Positions 27,129-36,362 are shown, numbered from the stretch's first letter. The stretch is DNA of 64,000 nt from an uncultured Gammaproteobacteria bacterium (GCA_964406795.1 CAYOTA010000002.1:17549-81548), one strand, 5' to 3'. Program-made: numbers and translations. The notes: generated by a model not told the origin, from the sequence alone.

Positions 27129-29933
27129 TTACCACTCAAACACATCAATTATATTTTGTATAGTGTTTTTTATTCTATCAATAACTCCTTGTCTTTGAAG
27201 GAATTGGGGTTGCTTTTCTTGGGGAATGAGGTCAAACACATCCTGATCTTTCGGTAATTTTTGAGAATATAAATATTCACCTATAAGTTTTTCTAAGTCT
27301 TCCATTGGAATCTTTTCGTCATCAGCAAGTTTTTTCAACGAGTTTGATCTCTGACTGTTCCAGAACTCATGAAATGCTTTATCAACCTGACTTGATCTTT
27401 CAACGTTTGGAAGATTTTCTTCAATAAACTTTTTGATTAGCTCCTTCTTTTTCCTTAGCTGAACGTCTCTGTCAAAGATTTTTAGAATGTCCTCTGTTCT
27501 TTTCTTACGAAGATCATCGGATTTAATATTCTTAAGCCCTGCAATAAGTAAAATTATGTAATCATAATCAATGATGTCGCGAATCGTCAATTCAAGCTCA
27601 AAATCAATCTGGTCAAGTATTGATTCAGGCCCCATTCCGTGAGTTTTTCTTTCTTCATAAATATCAAGATATTTGCTTTGATAGTCGTAGAATTCTTGCT
27701 CTGAAATGCCCAGCTCTTGGAATGAAAAATCAGCAAATGTTTCAAGGCTTGCTTTAATTCTAAGTAAGTCCCTAAATGTTTTTACAAATTTTGCTTTTTT
27801 TTCTTCGCCTTGCAGTTCACTAACTGAATTAACTGTAGGCGTTTGAGTTCTTAACTCATGAAGCTTGTTCTCAAACTCCTTTTTTTGCTCATCATATGGC
27901 TTTTTAAATACTACCTCTTTAGCGTTTTCGTCGCCAAATAGAGTAAGCGCAGTGTCTGTTGCTTTTTTAAGATTTTGGAATGAAACAATATTTCCGTGAG
28001 GTTTGTCTGAATTAAGTAGTCTGTTTGTTCTAGAGTATGCCTGAATTAATCCGTGATACCTCAAATTTTTATCAACATATAAAGTGTTAAGACGTGGACT
28101 ATCAAATCCAGTTAAAAACATGTTGACTACAAGTACGAGATCCACCTGTTTATCTTTAATTCTCTTTTGCAGGTCTCTGTAGTAGTCATAAAATCGGTCA
28201 GTTGAGAAATTAGTTGAGTACAATGTATTGTAATCTCTTATGCAATTTTCTAAGAAATCTCTAGAATGTTGATTTACAGCTGCACCTTCTACACCAAAAA
28301 CATCTACATCCAGCATGTCACTACTTTCATCTTCGTTTGCTTGATAGGTGAAAATTGTGGCAATATTTAAAGTTTCTGGTTTTTTAGATTTAAAAAGTGA
28401 ATAGTATTTTTTTAATACATCTACGCTGGTTACAGCAAATAATGCGTTAAACTTTCCGTTTTTTGTTTTTCTTTTCCAGTCAGCTAATATGTAATCAGTT
28501 ATTTTAGAAAGTCTGTCATCACTTTCCAGCACTTCACGTGTATCAATCCCTTCCACCATTGCATCTGCAAAAATATCGGCATCCAGAGTATCTGCATCTT
28601 TTTGTGTATAGCGTCCTACGTACTCTACTGCAAATCCAAGCACATTATTATCAGATATAGCATTTGTGATAATGTATTTATGCAAACACTTCTCAAAAAC
28701 ATCTACGGTGGTTACTCCTCCTACGTTATTATCTGCAAAGATGGGAGTACCAGTAAACCCAAAAAGTTGAGCTTTTTTAAAAAAGCCTTTAATCCTTGCA
28801 TGAGTTTGGCCAAACTGGCTTCTATGACATTCGTCAAATATTATAACCACTCTCTCATCTGCTAAATTTGTAAATTGTGAGGTGTATGAATCTCTACTGA
28901 TTGCAATATCAAGTTTTTGAATAGTTGTTACAATGAGTTTTGTTTTTGAGTCTTTTAACTGGTTTACTAAATTGTTTGTGTTACTTGTTCCGTCAACTGA
29001 ACCATCAGAAAATGAATTAAATTCTTTTGTTGTCTGAATATCCAAATCCTTTCTATCCACAACAAATAATACTTTTTTAATTTCTGGCATGCGTTTCAGA
29101 ATTTGACTTGTTTTAAAAGATGTTAACGTTTTTCCACTTCCTGTTGTGTGCCATATGTAGCCGTTTTTGGTTGACTCTTTGACCTTTTCTTCGATTGCAC
29201 GTGCGGCATAGTACTGATATGGGCGCATAACCATAGGAATTTTAGGTACTTCGGCAAGTACTATGTACTCTGCAATCATTTCAGACACACTGCATTTTTC
29301 CAGGAATACTTCAGCAAATTCTGACAATTTAGTTACCTTTTTATTATCTATATCAGTCCAGTAAAACGTTTGTTCAAATGACTGAGTTGGATTATTAGAA
29401 AAGTATTTTGTGTTAACACCGTTACTTATTACAAAAATTTGTATGTATTCAAAGAGTGTATTTGTGAAAGAATGTCTGTGATATCTTTGGATTTGATTAA
29501 ATGCTTCTTTCATTTCCATGCCTCGTCTTTTAAGTTCTATTTGTACCAAAGGAAGCCCATTAATAAGTAGGGTTACGTCATATCTGTTTTGGTAACTTCC
29601 GGTTTGGGTTAATTGGTGAGTGACCTGATATTCATTTTTACACCACTGATCCATGTTAAAAAACCTGATCCATATTTCAGTTTCATCATCACGTTTTAAC
29701 ACAAATCTATCTCTTAAAGTTTTTGCTTTTAAGAATCTGTCCCCACGGTTTAAATGGTTTAGGATTCTTTCAAATTCAGCTTCTGAAAAATTAGCCTCAT
29801 TAAATCTTTCTAGTTGAGATTTTAAATTTGAGATGAGTGCATTTGTGTCAGGTAGGACCACAGGAGTAAATCCCAACTTTTGAAGCTGGACCATTAACTC
29901 ATTTTCAAGTTGTAATTCAGATTGTGTATTCAT
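27129..29933 (-). CDS. hsdR: Type I restriction enzyme R subunit (HsdR)
   Basis: HTTGSGKTLTSF (helicase motif I), FDECHRSQFG (motif II DEAH-like). N-terminal nuclease region. 934 aa. Confidence 0.9.
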   Translation of the reverse strand: MNTQSELQLENELMVQLQKLGFTPVVLPDTNALISNLKSQLERFNEANFSEAEFERILNHLNRGDRFLKAKTLRDRFVLKRDDETEIWIRFFNMDQWCKNEYQVTHQLTQTGSYQNRYDVTLLINGLPLVQIELKRRGMEMKEAFNQIQRYHRHSFTNTLFEYIQIFVISNGVNTKYFSNNPTQSFEQTFYWTDIDNKKVTKLSEFAEVFLEKCSVSEMIAEYIVLAEVPKIPMVMRPYQYYAARAIEEKVKESTKNGYIWHTTGSGKTLTSFKTSQILKRMPEIKKVLFVVDRKDLDIQTTKEFNSFSDGSVDGTSNTNNLVNQLKDSKTKLIVTTIQKLDIAISRDSYTSQFTNLADERVVIIFDECHRSQFGQTHARIKGFFKKAQLFGFTGTPIFADNNVGGVTTVDVFEKCLHKYIITNAISDNNVLGFAVEYVGRYTQKDADTLDADIFADAMVEGIDTREVLESDDRLSKITDYILADWKRKTKNGKFNALFAVTSVDVLKKYYSLFKSKKPETLNIATIFTYQANEDESSDMLDVDVFGVEGAAVNQHSRDFLENCIRDYNTLYSTNFSTDRFYDYYRDLQKRIKDKQVDLVLVVNMFLTGFDSPRLNTLYVDKNLRYHGLIQAYSRTNRLLNSDKPHGNIVSFQNLKKATDTALTLFGDENAKEVVFKKPYDEQKKEFENKLHELRTQTPTVNSVSELQGEEKKAKFVKTFRDLLRIKASLETFADFSFQELGISEQEFYDYQSKYLDIYEERKTHGMGPESILDQIDFELELTIRDIIDYDYIILLIAGLKNIKSDDLRKKRTEDILKIFDRDVQLRKKKELIKKFIEENLPNVERSSQVDKAFHEFWNSQRSNSLKKLADDEKIPMEDLEKLIGEYLYSQKLPKDQDVFDLIPQEKQPQFLQRQGVIDRIKNTIQNIIDVFEW

Positions 29934-29936
29934 TTT

Positions 29937-30461
29937 TTATCCATCTAATATTACTTTCTTTAATGGTTTTACTGCAGTTAGTATAGCAGAGGTCAGTCCT
30001 AATATAGCCCTTTCGTGGGCTACAATTCCGCCTATTTTTAAAATAAATCCATCCCCTTTAAGACGTCTTAATTCATCGGTGTTTGAATGATCTTCATGAG
30101 CCCCTTCCTGATCCGCGAACACTTTTATTAATTCTTTGTTAGTAAGGCTAACAGGTGAGGGTACATTGCTAGCGAAAGCTAGTTCATCTAATAACTCATT
30201 CAGTGATAATATGCTTTTCTTTCCTATTATTGGTGGTATATTTCTGTGAATAATCATTTCCATTCCATAATATTTAGTTAGGTGCTGTAAGAGCGGTTTA
30301 TTGGTTCGAGTTTCAATTATAAGAGCCCTTAGGTTAGAAGCAATATCTTTAATTCTGCTGTGTTTCCCTTTATGATAGTCTTGCAGATAATCATCTAAGT
30401 TGATGATTCTATCCAGAAACGCTTGTTCTAGTTCTTTTTGCTCTCTTGGTATTCTGTTCAT
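29937..30461 (-). CDS. Uncharacterised protein (174 aa) translationally coupled between hsdS and hsdR
   Basis: ATGA start/stop overlap with hsdS (GTATGAACAG). Only a 3-nt gap to the hsdR start. No recognisable motif. Confidence 0.55.
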   Translation of the reverse strand: MNRIPREQKELEQAFLDRIINLDDYLQDYHKGKHSRIKDIASNLRALIIETRTNKPLLQHLTKYYGMEMIIHRNIPPIIGKKSILSLNELLDELAFASNVPSPVSLTNKELIKVFADQEGAHEDHSNTDELRRLKGDGFILKIGGIVAHERAILGLTSAILTAVKPLKKVILDG

Positions 30462-31726
30462 ACAAACATCTGCTGGAGGAGGCCCTTCTTCCATTCATCT
30501 GCTTTTTTAATTTGAGTTTTTTTTACTTCAATTTGCTGATCAATGAGACTCAAAAATTCAGCGATTTTTTCTTGTTCCAGCAAACAAGGTACTGTGATTT
30601 TCAGTTTTAAAAAATCTTTCTTACTCAAAACTCTATTTCTTCCTGCTCCTCCTGGAGAAATAACTCCAAGTAAATATTTCATTCGAGCTGTTGGATATAC
30701 GAACCTAAAATACTTAGGCGTATATTTTTCTTTGTTGAATATATATGTAGGGAATCGATGAGAAACTAACCCGTCACCATCATCACGCGTGGCTATTGCC
30801 AGCGCACCCTCCCAAGCAAAGGTTATATTGACTATAAAATCATTTTCTTTCACTACGTAAAGTTTGTCCATTTCTATTTTATTTGGATCTGAATTCAGCT
30901 TCTGAAACGTACCCCTAAAGTGGCTTCGGATTCCAATAGCTTTATATGCTTCTCGGGGTTTGACTATCTCTCTAAGTTCGGGAATTAAGATTTCCTCCAG
31001 CATTACCTCAGTCCACTCAGGAAAGTTTTTACCATTGTCATTTTTAAATCTAACTACCTGAGATAATATTTTTTGCGCTATGCCTTTTTTATATTTTTCC
31101 AAATTCTTTCTCTGTGCTGACAAATTCTCTATCCAATCATCAACAGATGATAAAAACAAGGCAATTTTCTGCTGTTCTGCAGGAGATGGGAGCCCAATAC
31201 TCAAGCTATTTAGGGATTCCTGATTAATGTTAGTGTTTGCACTCGTAGAACTAAGTGAGACTAGTTTTTTTCTAAATTTTCTATCTGAAAAACAATATTT
31301 TTTAAAATTCAAGTCAAGTTTCTGTTTTTCATCCCTAAATCGTATAAGGAACCCGCTATAGACTGTATTTTCTAAATCAGTTAATAACAAAGAAGTTTCA
31401 CCAACTCCTTCTTTTTTGACTGAAGATCTAATAAATAGGACATCTCCTTTCTTCAAATTGTACAGCTCTAGTTCCTTCTGGTTAGCGTTAACCAAACTTA
31501 ATTTAAGGTTTGATATTGTAGGCTTTCCAAACACATCCATCAAATTAACAAATGGGAATCCAAAACCAAAGTTTTCTTTAGATTTATTAATCCCGTTTTT
31601 GAAGCTTCCAATGTTCTCTAATTTTGTCTCTTTCCATTCGCCATAAAACTCTGGGAAGCGGAGAGTGGGCTTGCACGCCGTAGCTTTAGCGTAGGTGGGG
31701 ATTTTGTTTGTTGCTGTTTGGTTCAT
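30458..31726 (-). CDS. hsdS: Type I restriction-modification specificity subunit (HsdS), two target-recognition domains
   Basis: Typical HsdS architecture: TRD1, central conserved QQKIALFLSSVDDWIENL, TRD2, C-terminal conserved QEKIAEFLSLIDQQIE. Confidence 0.85.
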   Translation of the reverse strand: MNQTATNKIPTYAKATACKPTLRFPEFYGEWKETKLENIGSFKNGINKSKENFGFGFPFVNLMDVFGKPTISNLKLSLVNANQKELELYNLKKGDVLFIRSSVKKEGVGETSLLLTDLENTVYSGFLIRFRDEKQKLDLNFKKYCFSDRKFRKKLVSLSSTSANTNINQESLNSLSIGLPSPAEQQKIALFLSSVDDWIENLSAQRKNLEKYKKGIAQKILSQVVRFKNDNGKNFPEWTEVMLEEILIPELREIVKPREAYKAIGIRSHFRGTFQKLNSDPNKIEMDKLYVVKENDFIVNITFAWEGALAIATRDDGDGLVSHRFPTYIFNKEKYTPKYFRFVYPTARMKYLLGVISPGGAGRNRVLSKKDFLKLKITVPCLLEQEKIAEFLSLIDQQIEVKKTQIKKADEWKKGLLQQMFV

Positions 31727-31731
31727 AATAT

Positions 31732-32580
31732 TTACTTCTTATCTACACTTGATAGTAGTTTTTTTTGTTCTTCTTCCTCTAATAATAATGATTTGAATTG
31801 TCTTTCAGCAGAATTTACAAGTAGATTGATTCTCTGATTCTGATTCTTCCCTTCACTAATAAAATGGGCGTTCAAATTTTCTAAATTTGCCAGAATTACT
31901 AATTGTTGCACGGTGGCATAATCTCTTTGATTTCTACCACTTTTTGAAGATTTTTTATTTGACACTCTCCAGTCAGCAGCCGTTTGTCCAAATACAATCA
32001 GGTTTAAAATGTCAGCCTCGTCTGTATATACAAATGTTTGTTGAGACTTGGTTAGCTGAAGAGCGGGAAGGAGTATGTTTTTTATTGAGTCTGTGTGCAG
32101 TCTATAATTTACTTTAGATAAGTATCTATGGGAGTCCCACTTAATAAAATTCTGCTCCTTCTCTTTAAGCCGTTGGAACTCTGTAATTATTAACAACTTG
32201 AATCCTGGGCTAAGCCAAGTACCAAATTCAAAAGCAATATCATGATGAGCATATGTTCCTCCGTAACGTCCCCTTCTTGCAGTTATACCTTTGGCATTGG
32301 TTTTTTCAATCCATTCTATGATTGACGGATTGAAGTTGTTTGCGCCTGCATTATTTTTAAAGTACACGAATTCGTGTACTTTAAAATCAGAGTTATTAAT
32401 TTGCTCCCAAAAGCCCAGAAAATCTATTGTATTTTTAGTTCTTAGCCAACTATGGAGTGCTCTGTCCGATCCAGCACTTTTAGCCATGTCAGTTAAGCAA
32501 ATGTAGTCTTCTCCGTTAACTTTAGTAACGTTTATTGTGCTGTCATTTATATTCATTGACAAATTATTTAGTTTTGTCAT
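31732..32580 (-). CDS. KilA-N domain protein inserted between hsdM and hsdS
   Basis: N-terminal ...NVTKVNGEDYICLTDMAKSAG... (KilA-N/APSES-type DNA-binding domain pattern). C-terminal coiled-coil. Confidence 0.6.
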   Translation of the reverse strand: MTKLNNLSMNINDSTINVTKVNGEDYICLTDMAKSAGSDRALHSWLRTKNTIDFLGFWEQINNSDFKVHEFVYFKNNAGANNFNPSIIEWIEKTNAKGITARRGRYGGTYAHHDIAFEFGTWLSPGFKLLIITEFQRLKEKEQNFIKWDSHRYLSKVNYRLHTDSIKNILLPALQLTKSQQTFVYTDEADILNLIVFGQTAADWRVSNKKSSKSGRNQRDYATVQQLVILANLENLNAHFISEGKNQNQRINLLVNSAERQFKSLLLEEEEQKKLLSSVDKK

Positions 32581-32583
32581 AGT

Positions 32584-34161
32584 TTAGAACGGCTTTTCAA
32601 TTTTTAGCTCATCACAAAATTTTGTAATGTTTTGTTGTATATCTTTTTCTTCCATTTGAAGTTCCTTTAGTTTTTTAGCAACAGTATTTATGTCTATTGG
32701 CTCTTCATCTTCAAAAGTATCTACGTATCTTGGAATATTAAGATTGAATTCGTTTTCTTTTATCTCAGCAAGTTGAGCCTTGTGGGAATACTTCTCAATT
32801 TCATTTCTATTTCTATAGGTTTCAAAAATTTTTTGTATGTTTTCATCATTTAATCTATTTTGATTCTTTCCTTTTTCAAACTCTTTTGAAGCATCAATGA
32901 ATAGAACATTCTCATCATCTCTTCTACATTTTTTAAAAATGAGAACTGTTGCAGGAATGGAAGTTCCATAAAAAAGATTGGAAGGAAGGCCTATAACTGC
33001 GTCCAGGTAATTTTGTTTTTCTATAATGTATTTTCTTATGTGTCCTTCAGCTCCACCTCTGAATAACGCACCATGTGGTAGTACTATTGCCATGGTTCCG
33101 TTATCTGACAAGTGATGCAACATGTGTGTTACAAATGCATAATCTGCCGCACTTTTTGGAGCCAGTCTTCCATACTGCGAAAATCTTTCATCACTTACAA
33201 GTGCTGGATCATTTTCTCCTTTCCATTCTGCAGAAAATGGAGGATTTGCTATAACTACCTCAGCTTTTAAGTCAGGAAACATATCATCAGTTAATGTGTC
33301 TCCTTGCATTATTTTGAAATGATCAAAATGAACTCCATGTAAAATCATATTCATGCGTCCTAAGTTATAGGTTGTGGGGTTTAGTTCTTGCCCATAATAG
33401 TCGGTAATTTCTGCATAGTCTTTAATTCTTAAAAGAAGCGATCCAGATCCGCATGCAGGATCATAAACTGAGCGGATTTTTTTCTTATCTATTGTTACAA
33501 TTTGTGCCATGAGTCTAGAAACTTGAGAAGGTGTATAAAATTCTCCACCCTTTTTACCTGCACCTGCTGCAAATTCTCCTATAAGATATTCATAAGCGTC
33601 CCCTAAAAGATCACTTTTATTATCATCTAGTTTGAAATCAATACCCTCTAAGTGTGAAAGAACTTCGACAATAATTTCATTTTTCTTATTTTCTCCAGAC
33701 CCCAGTTTATTTGAGGTTAGGTCAACGTCATCAAATAATCCAGTAAAATCGTCTTCACTAGCTGTTCCACGTGACGTACTCTCGATATTAGTTAAAACCT
33801 TTTTTAAATCTTCAAGAATAAAATTTGACTCACCCGAAATACCACTTTTGCCTTTTTTGACCAAATATGAGAAGAGTTCAGTGGGTTTTAGGAAGTATCC
33901 TAATTCATTAACACAAGCAGTTTCTATGTGTTTTAAATATTCTTTTCCTTCTTTAGTCTTCTCTTTGATTTGTTCAAACGTGATGTTATCTTTGTGGAGA
34001 AGTTTACTATCTATGTAATTTGTAAGTTTTTCGGAAAGGTATTTATAAAAGATAAAGCCAAGGATGTAATTCTTATACTCGTCAGCATTCATTCTGCCAC
34101 GCAAGACATTTGCTACTGCCCAGAGTTGCTTTTCCATTATCCTTTTTTGCTCTTCTGACAT
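32584..34161 (-). CDS. hsdM: Type I restriction-modification DNA methyltransferase subunit (HsdM), N6-adenine
   Basis: VIANPPFS (motif IV NPPF/Y), DPACGSGSLL (motif I). HsdM N-terminal domain. Confidence 0.9.
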   Translation of the reverse strand: MSEEQKRIMEKQLWAVANVLRGRMNADEYKNYILGFIFYKYLSEKLTNYIDSKLLHKDNITFEQIKEKTKEGKEYLKHIETACVNELGYFLKPTELFSYLVKKGKSGISGESNFILEDLKKVLTNIESTSRGTASEDDFTGLFDDVDLTSNKLGSGENKKNEIIVEVLSHLEGIDFKLDDNKSDLLGDAYEYLIGEFAAGAGKKGGEFYTPSQVSRLMAQIVTIDKKKIRSVYDPACGSGSLLLRIKDYAEITDYYGQELNPTTYNLGRMNMILHGVHFDHFKIMQGDTLTDDMFPDLKAEVVIANPPFSAEWKGENDPALVSDERFSQYGRLAPKSAADYAFVTHMLHHLSDNGTMAIVLPHGALFRGGAEGHIRKYIIEKQNYLDAVIGLPSNLFYGTSIPATVLIFKKCRRDDENVLFIDASKEFEKGKNQNRLNDENIQKIFETYRNRNEIEKYSHKAQLAEIKENEFNLNIPRYVDTFEDEEPIDINTVAKKLKELQMEEKDIQQNITKFCDELKIEKPF

Positions 34162-34224
34162 GTGCTTATTTTAGCACGATTAGGGGGTTTGTGCGAGGTG
34201 TTCACCTTTTAACTGCAGAGCTAA

Positions 34225-34599
34225 TTACTTCTTATCATTCAGCTTTTTCAAAAAATCATCTACATCTTTCACAAAAACTTCTCTGGGAATTGACCCATCA
34301 CCAGGTCCTACAGCACCACTTTCCTCCAGCTGTTCTAATAACCTGGCAGCACGGTTAAATCCAACTTGCAATCTTCTTTGTAGCATGGAAGAAGATGCCC
34401 TATCATATTGAGCAACTAGTTTTACCGCATCATCAAATAACTCATCCCTTCCTTCAAATCCTAAATGATTATGTTTTTTAATATAGCTAGAAGGAAGAGG
34501 GAAGGCTGAACAAAAGTCCTCTAACCTCTGGAGTCTAATCTTGGCGCTTACAAGTTCCGTCTTTATTTCTTCAAGTTCTTTTTTTATGTCCTCATCCAT
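34225..34599 (-). CDS. Stand-alone FtsK-gamma winged-helix domain protein with N-terminal coiled coil
   Basis: DDAVKLVAQYDRASSSMLQRRLQVGFNRAARLLEQLEESGAVGPGDGSIPREVFV matches the FtsK gamma signature (SxLQRRLRIGYNRAARLIE.ME..GIVGP..GSKPREVL). Confidence 0.7.
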   Translation of the reverse strand: MDEDIKKELEEIKTELVSAKIRLQRLEDFCSAFPLPSSYIKKHNHLGFEGRDELFDDAVKLVAQYDRASSSMLQRRLQVGFNRAARLLEQLEESGAVGPGDGSIPREVFVKDVDDFLKKLNDKK

Positions 34600-34652
34600 T
34601 GTTAAATTATTCTAACACTATTTGTGGGAAGATTATAGTATGGATGAGATTG

Positions 34653-35033
34653 TTATCTTCTTCTGGGGATGTGGGAGTATCTAATACTTAACATTTTTCC
34701 ATCCTTCCATAGAATCCTTCTTTCAAGCGGTTTGTCTCCACTTGTAAGCGTCGCTAATAACTCTTCTGATTCTATAGTTTCAGGGTCTATTGTATTTCGC
34801 TCAAAAAGCACCGTTCCAGGTTTTAGTTTTACCCTGTGAACAGTGGTCGTAATATTATCCTCTGAACATCTTGCAGTTAATACAGATCTGGGATGAACAG
34901 CAGTCAAATCCTCTCGCATGATGTCCATATCCCCAGGGCGTGCCCGTCCTAATTCAGACCACCGCTTTGTATGAGGACTAAACATTTCTACTTTAGATAC
35001 CATAGGTATGTGAGTATGTATTATATCCACCAA
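34653..35033 (-). CDS. Small uncharacterised protein, member 1 of a tandem paralog array
   Basis: Shares the ...TIDPETIESEELL... core and ...SIRY C-terminal end with 35901-36314. Confidence 0.5.
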   Translation of the reverse strand: MVDIIHTHIPMVSKVEMFSPHTKRWSELGRARPGDMDIMREDLTAVHPRSVLTARCSEDNITTTVHRVKLKPGTVLFERNTIDPETIESEELLATLTSGDKPLERRILWKDGKMLSIRYSHIPRRR

Positions 35034-35072
35034 ATATGAAAGTAGAGTAATAAAGTGCTGACGCCAGAATAA

Positions 35073-35474
35073 TTACGGTTGAGGCATGCGGGATAAAAGA
35101 TCCACAGGACTCAATATGCATTTATCATTTACTGGTTGAGAAGACTGAATAATTGTTGCAAAGTGTAAACTGTCAGGTGTAACTTCTAATGCGCGTAATA
35201 TGTACATAGACTTGTCAGTACCTCTAAATGCAGGAACAATTTTTAAATTTCTTTCTACATCAACTCCGATAATTCCAAATCTTAACCATACCTGTCCTAA
35301 TTCACCCATATTATTACGTATGGCATTCAAAGTTCTCTTAAAACCTTCCACATTCGTTTCTTTATCTTTGTTTTTAGAATCGGTCATTCTCAACCGTTCA
35401 ATTCCGCAATTTTTCAAAATTTGCAATGCTGCGTTTTCCGGGGATATGTATCTGGGTTCTGTTTCTTGAGTCAT
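35073..35474 (-). CDS. Small uncharacterised protein, member 2 (most diverged) of the tandem array
   Basis: IGVDVERNLKIVPA segment aligns loosely with the array motif. Confidence 0.45.
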   Translation of the reverse strand: MTQETEPRYISPENAALQILKNCGIERLRMTDSKNKDKETNVEGFKRTLNAIRNNMGELGQVWLRFGIIGVDVERNLKIVPAFRGTDKSMYILRALEVTPDSLHFATIIQSSQPVNDKCILSPVDLLSRMPQP

Positions 35475-35530
35475 AAGCAGGCATTATATCATTTCCAAGG
35501 CAAAAGTGATAACTAGTCTATGTAAATGTT

Positions 35531-35872
35531 TTACTCTTGGGTTATGTTGTAGACCTTGGTAGGTCCGTAGGGTTCCGACTGTATAAGAATTGGGTGCTCA
35601 TCTCCTTTTTTAATATCCATCAGATGTTTTACTAAATGTAATTTTTCTATTATCAGTATTTCTGGTCTTTTTGGGTCCACAATTGTATTCACCCCAGGGG
35701 TAACAGCCACAGTTGCCTCACTCTCATCTGAACTACACTCTATTATGATAATATCTTTCCATCCACGGTTCCATGATTCATACCACACCCTGTCTCTTGG
35801 CAGTAAATAATTATCTCTTTTCAGAGTTACTGGATTGCTACCCGTGTCTAAGTGTTCTATTTTTGTTCCCAT
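35531..35872 (-). CDS. Small uncharacterised protein, member 3 of the tandem paralog array
   Basis: RDRVWYESWNRGWKDIIIIECSSDESEATVAV...TIVDPKRPEILII aligns with DTRVIFDFKKKEDDAIIVAHDGNSDLVHVA...FIDPQKIRPVAIL of member 4. Confidence 0.5.
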   Translation of the reverse strand: MGTKIEHLDTGSNPVTLKRDNYLLPRDRVWYESWNRGWKDIIIIECSSDESEATVAVTPGVNTIVDPKRPEILIIEKLHLVKHLMDIKKGDEHPILIQSEPYGPTKVYNITQE

Positions 35873-35900
35873 AGTAATAACGCTTTAAAATCTTTTATTA

Positions 35901-36314
35901 TTAGTGATTTATACGGATAGGAAGAATTGGGCCTTTGCGGTCAAGCCGTGCGTATTGAATGCAAGATTCGCGTCCCTTAATAACGCTAATGGGAAGCGTT
36001 CCGTGTTCGTCAGAAACAGATGAAAATCCCATATTATTTCCATGCAGTATTGCGACCGGTCTTATTTTTTGAGGATCAATAAATCTCACGTCACATCTTC
36101 CAGTATCAGGATCGAAATGTATGCTTGCAATATTATTAGCTTCTGTTCTTGCAACGTGCACTAGATCACTATTTCCGTCATGAGCTACAATAATTGCATC
36201 ATCTTCCTTTTTTTTAAAATCAAAAATAACACGCGTGTCATTTGGTTCAATTTCCATAGACTCTCCCCACTTGTGAAAAGTTTTTGAAGCTGACCCAATT
36301 TCAATTCTTGGCAT
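35901..36314 (-). CDS. Small uncharacterised protein, member 4 of the tandem paralog array
   Basis: See members 1 and 3. Confidence 0.5.
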   Translation of the reverse strand: MPRIEIGSASKTFHKWGESMEIEPNDTRVIFDFKKKEDDAIIVAHDGNSDLVHVARTEANNIASIHFDPDTGRCDVRFIDPQKIRPVAILHGNNMGFSSVSDEHGTLPISVIKGRESCIQYARLDRKGPILPIRINH

Positions 36315-36362
36315 AGAAGAAGCATTGTAGCACTAAAAGCGGTGAAGTCAAACTATAGGCAA

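Noticed and set aside
29937-30494. Longer 185-aa version of the hsdS-hsdR embedded ORF starting at MEEGPPPADVC
   Set aside because: That N-terminal extension overlaps the hsdS coding end in another frame. The ATG overlapping the hsdS stop (MNRIPREQ...) is the more plausible start.
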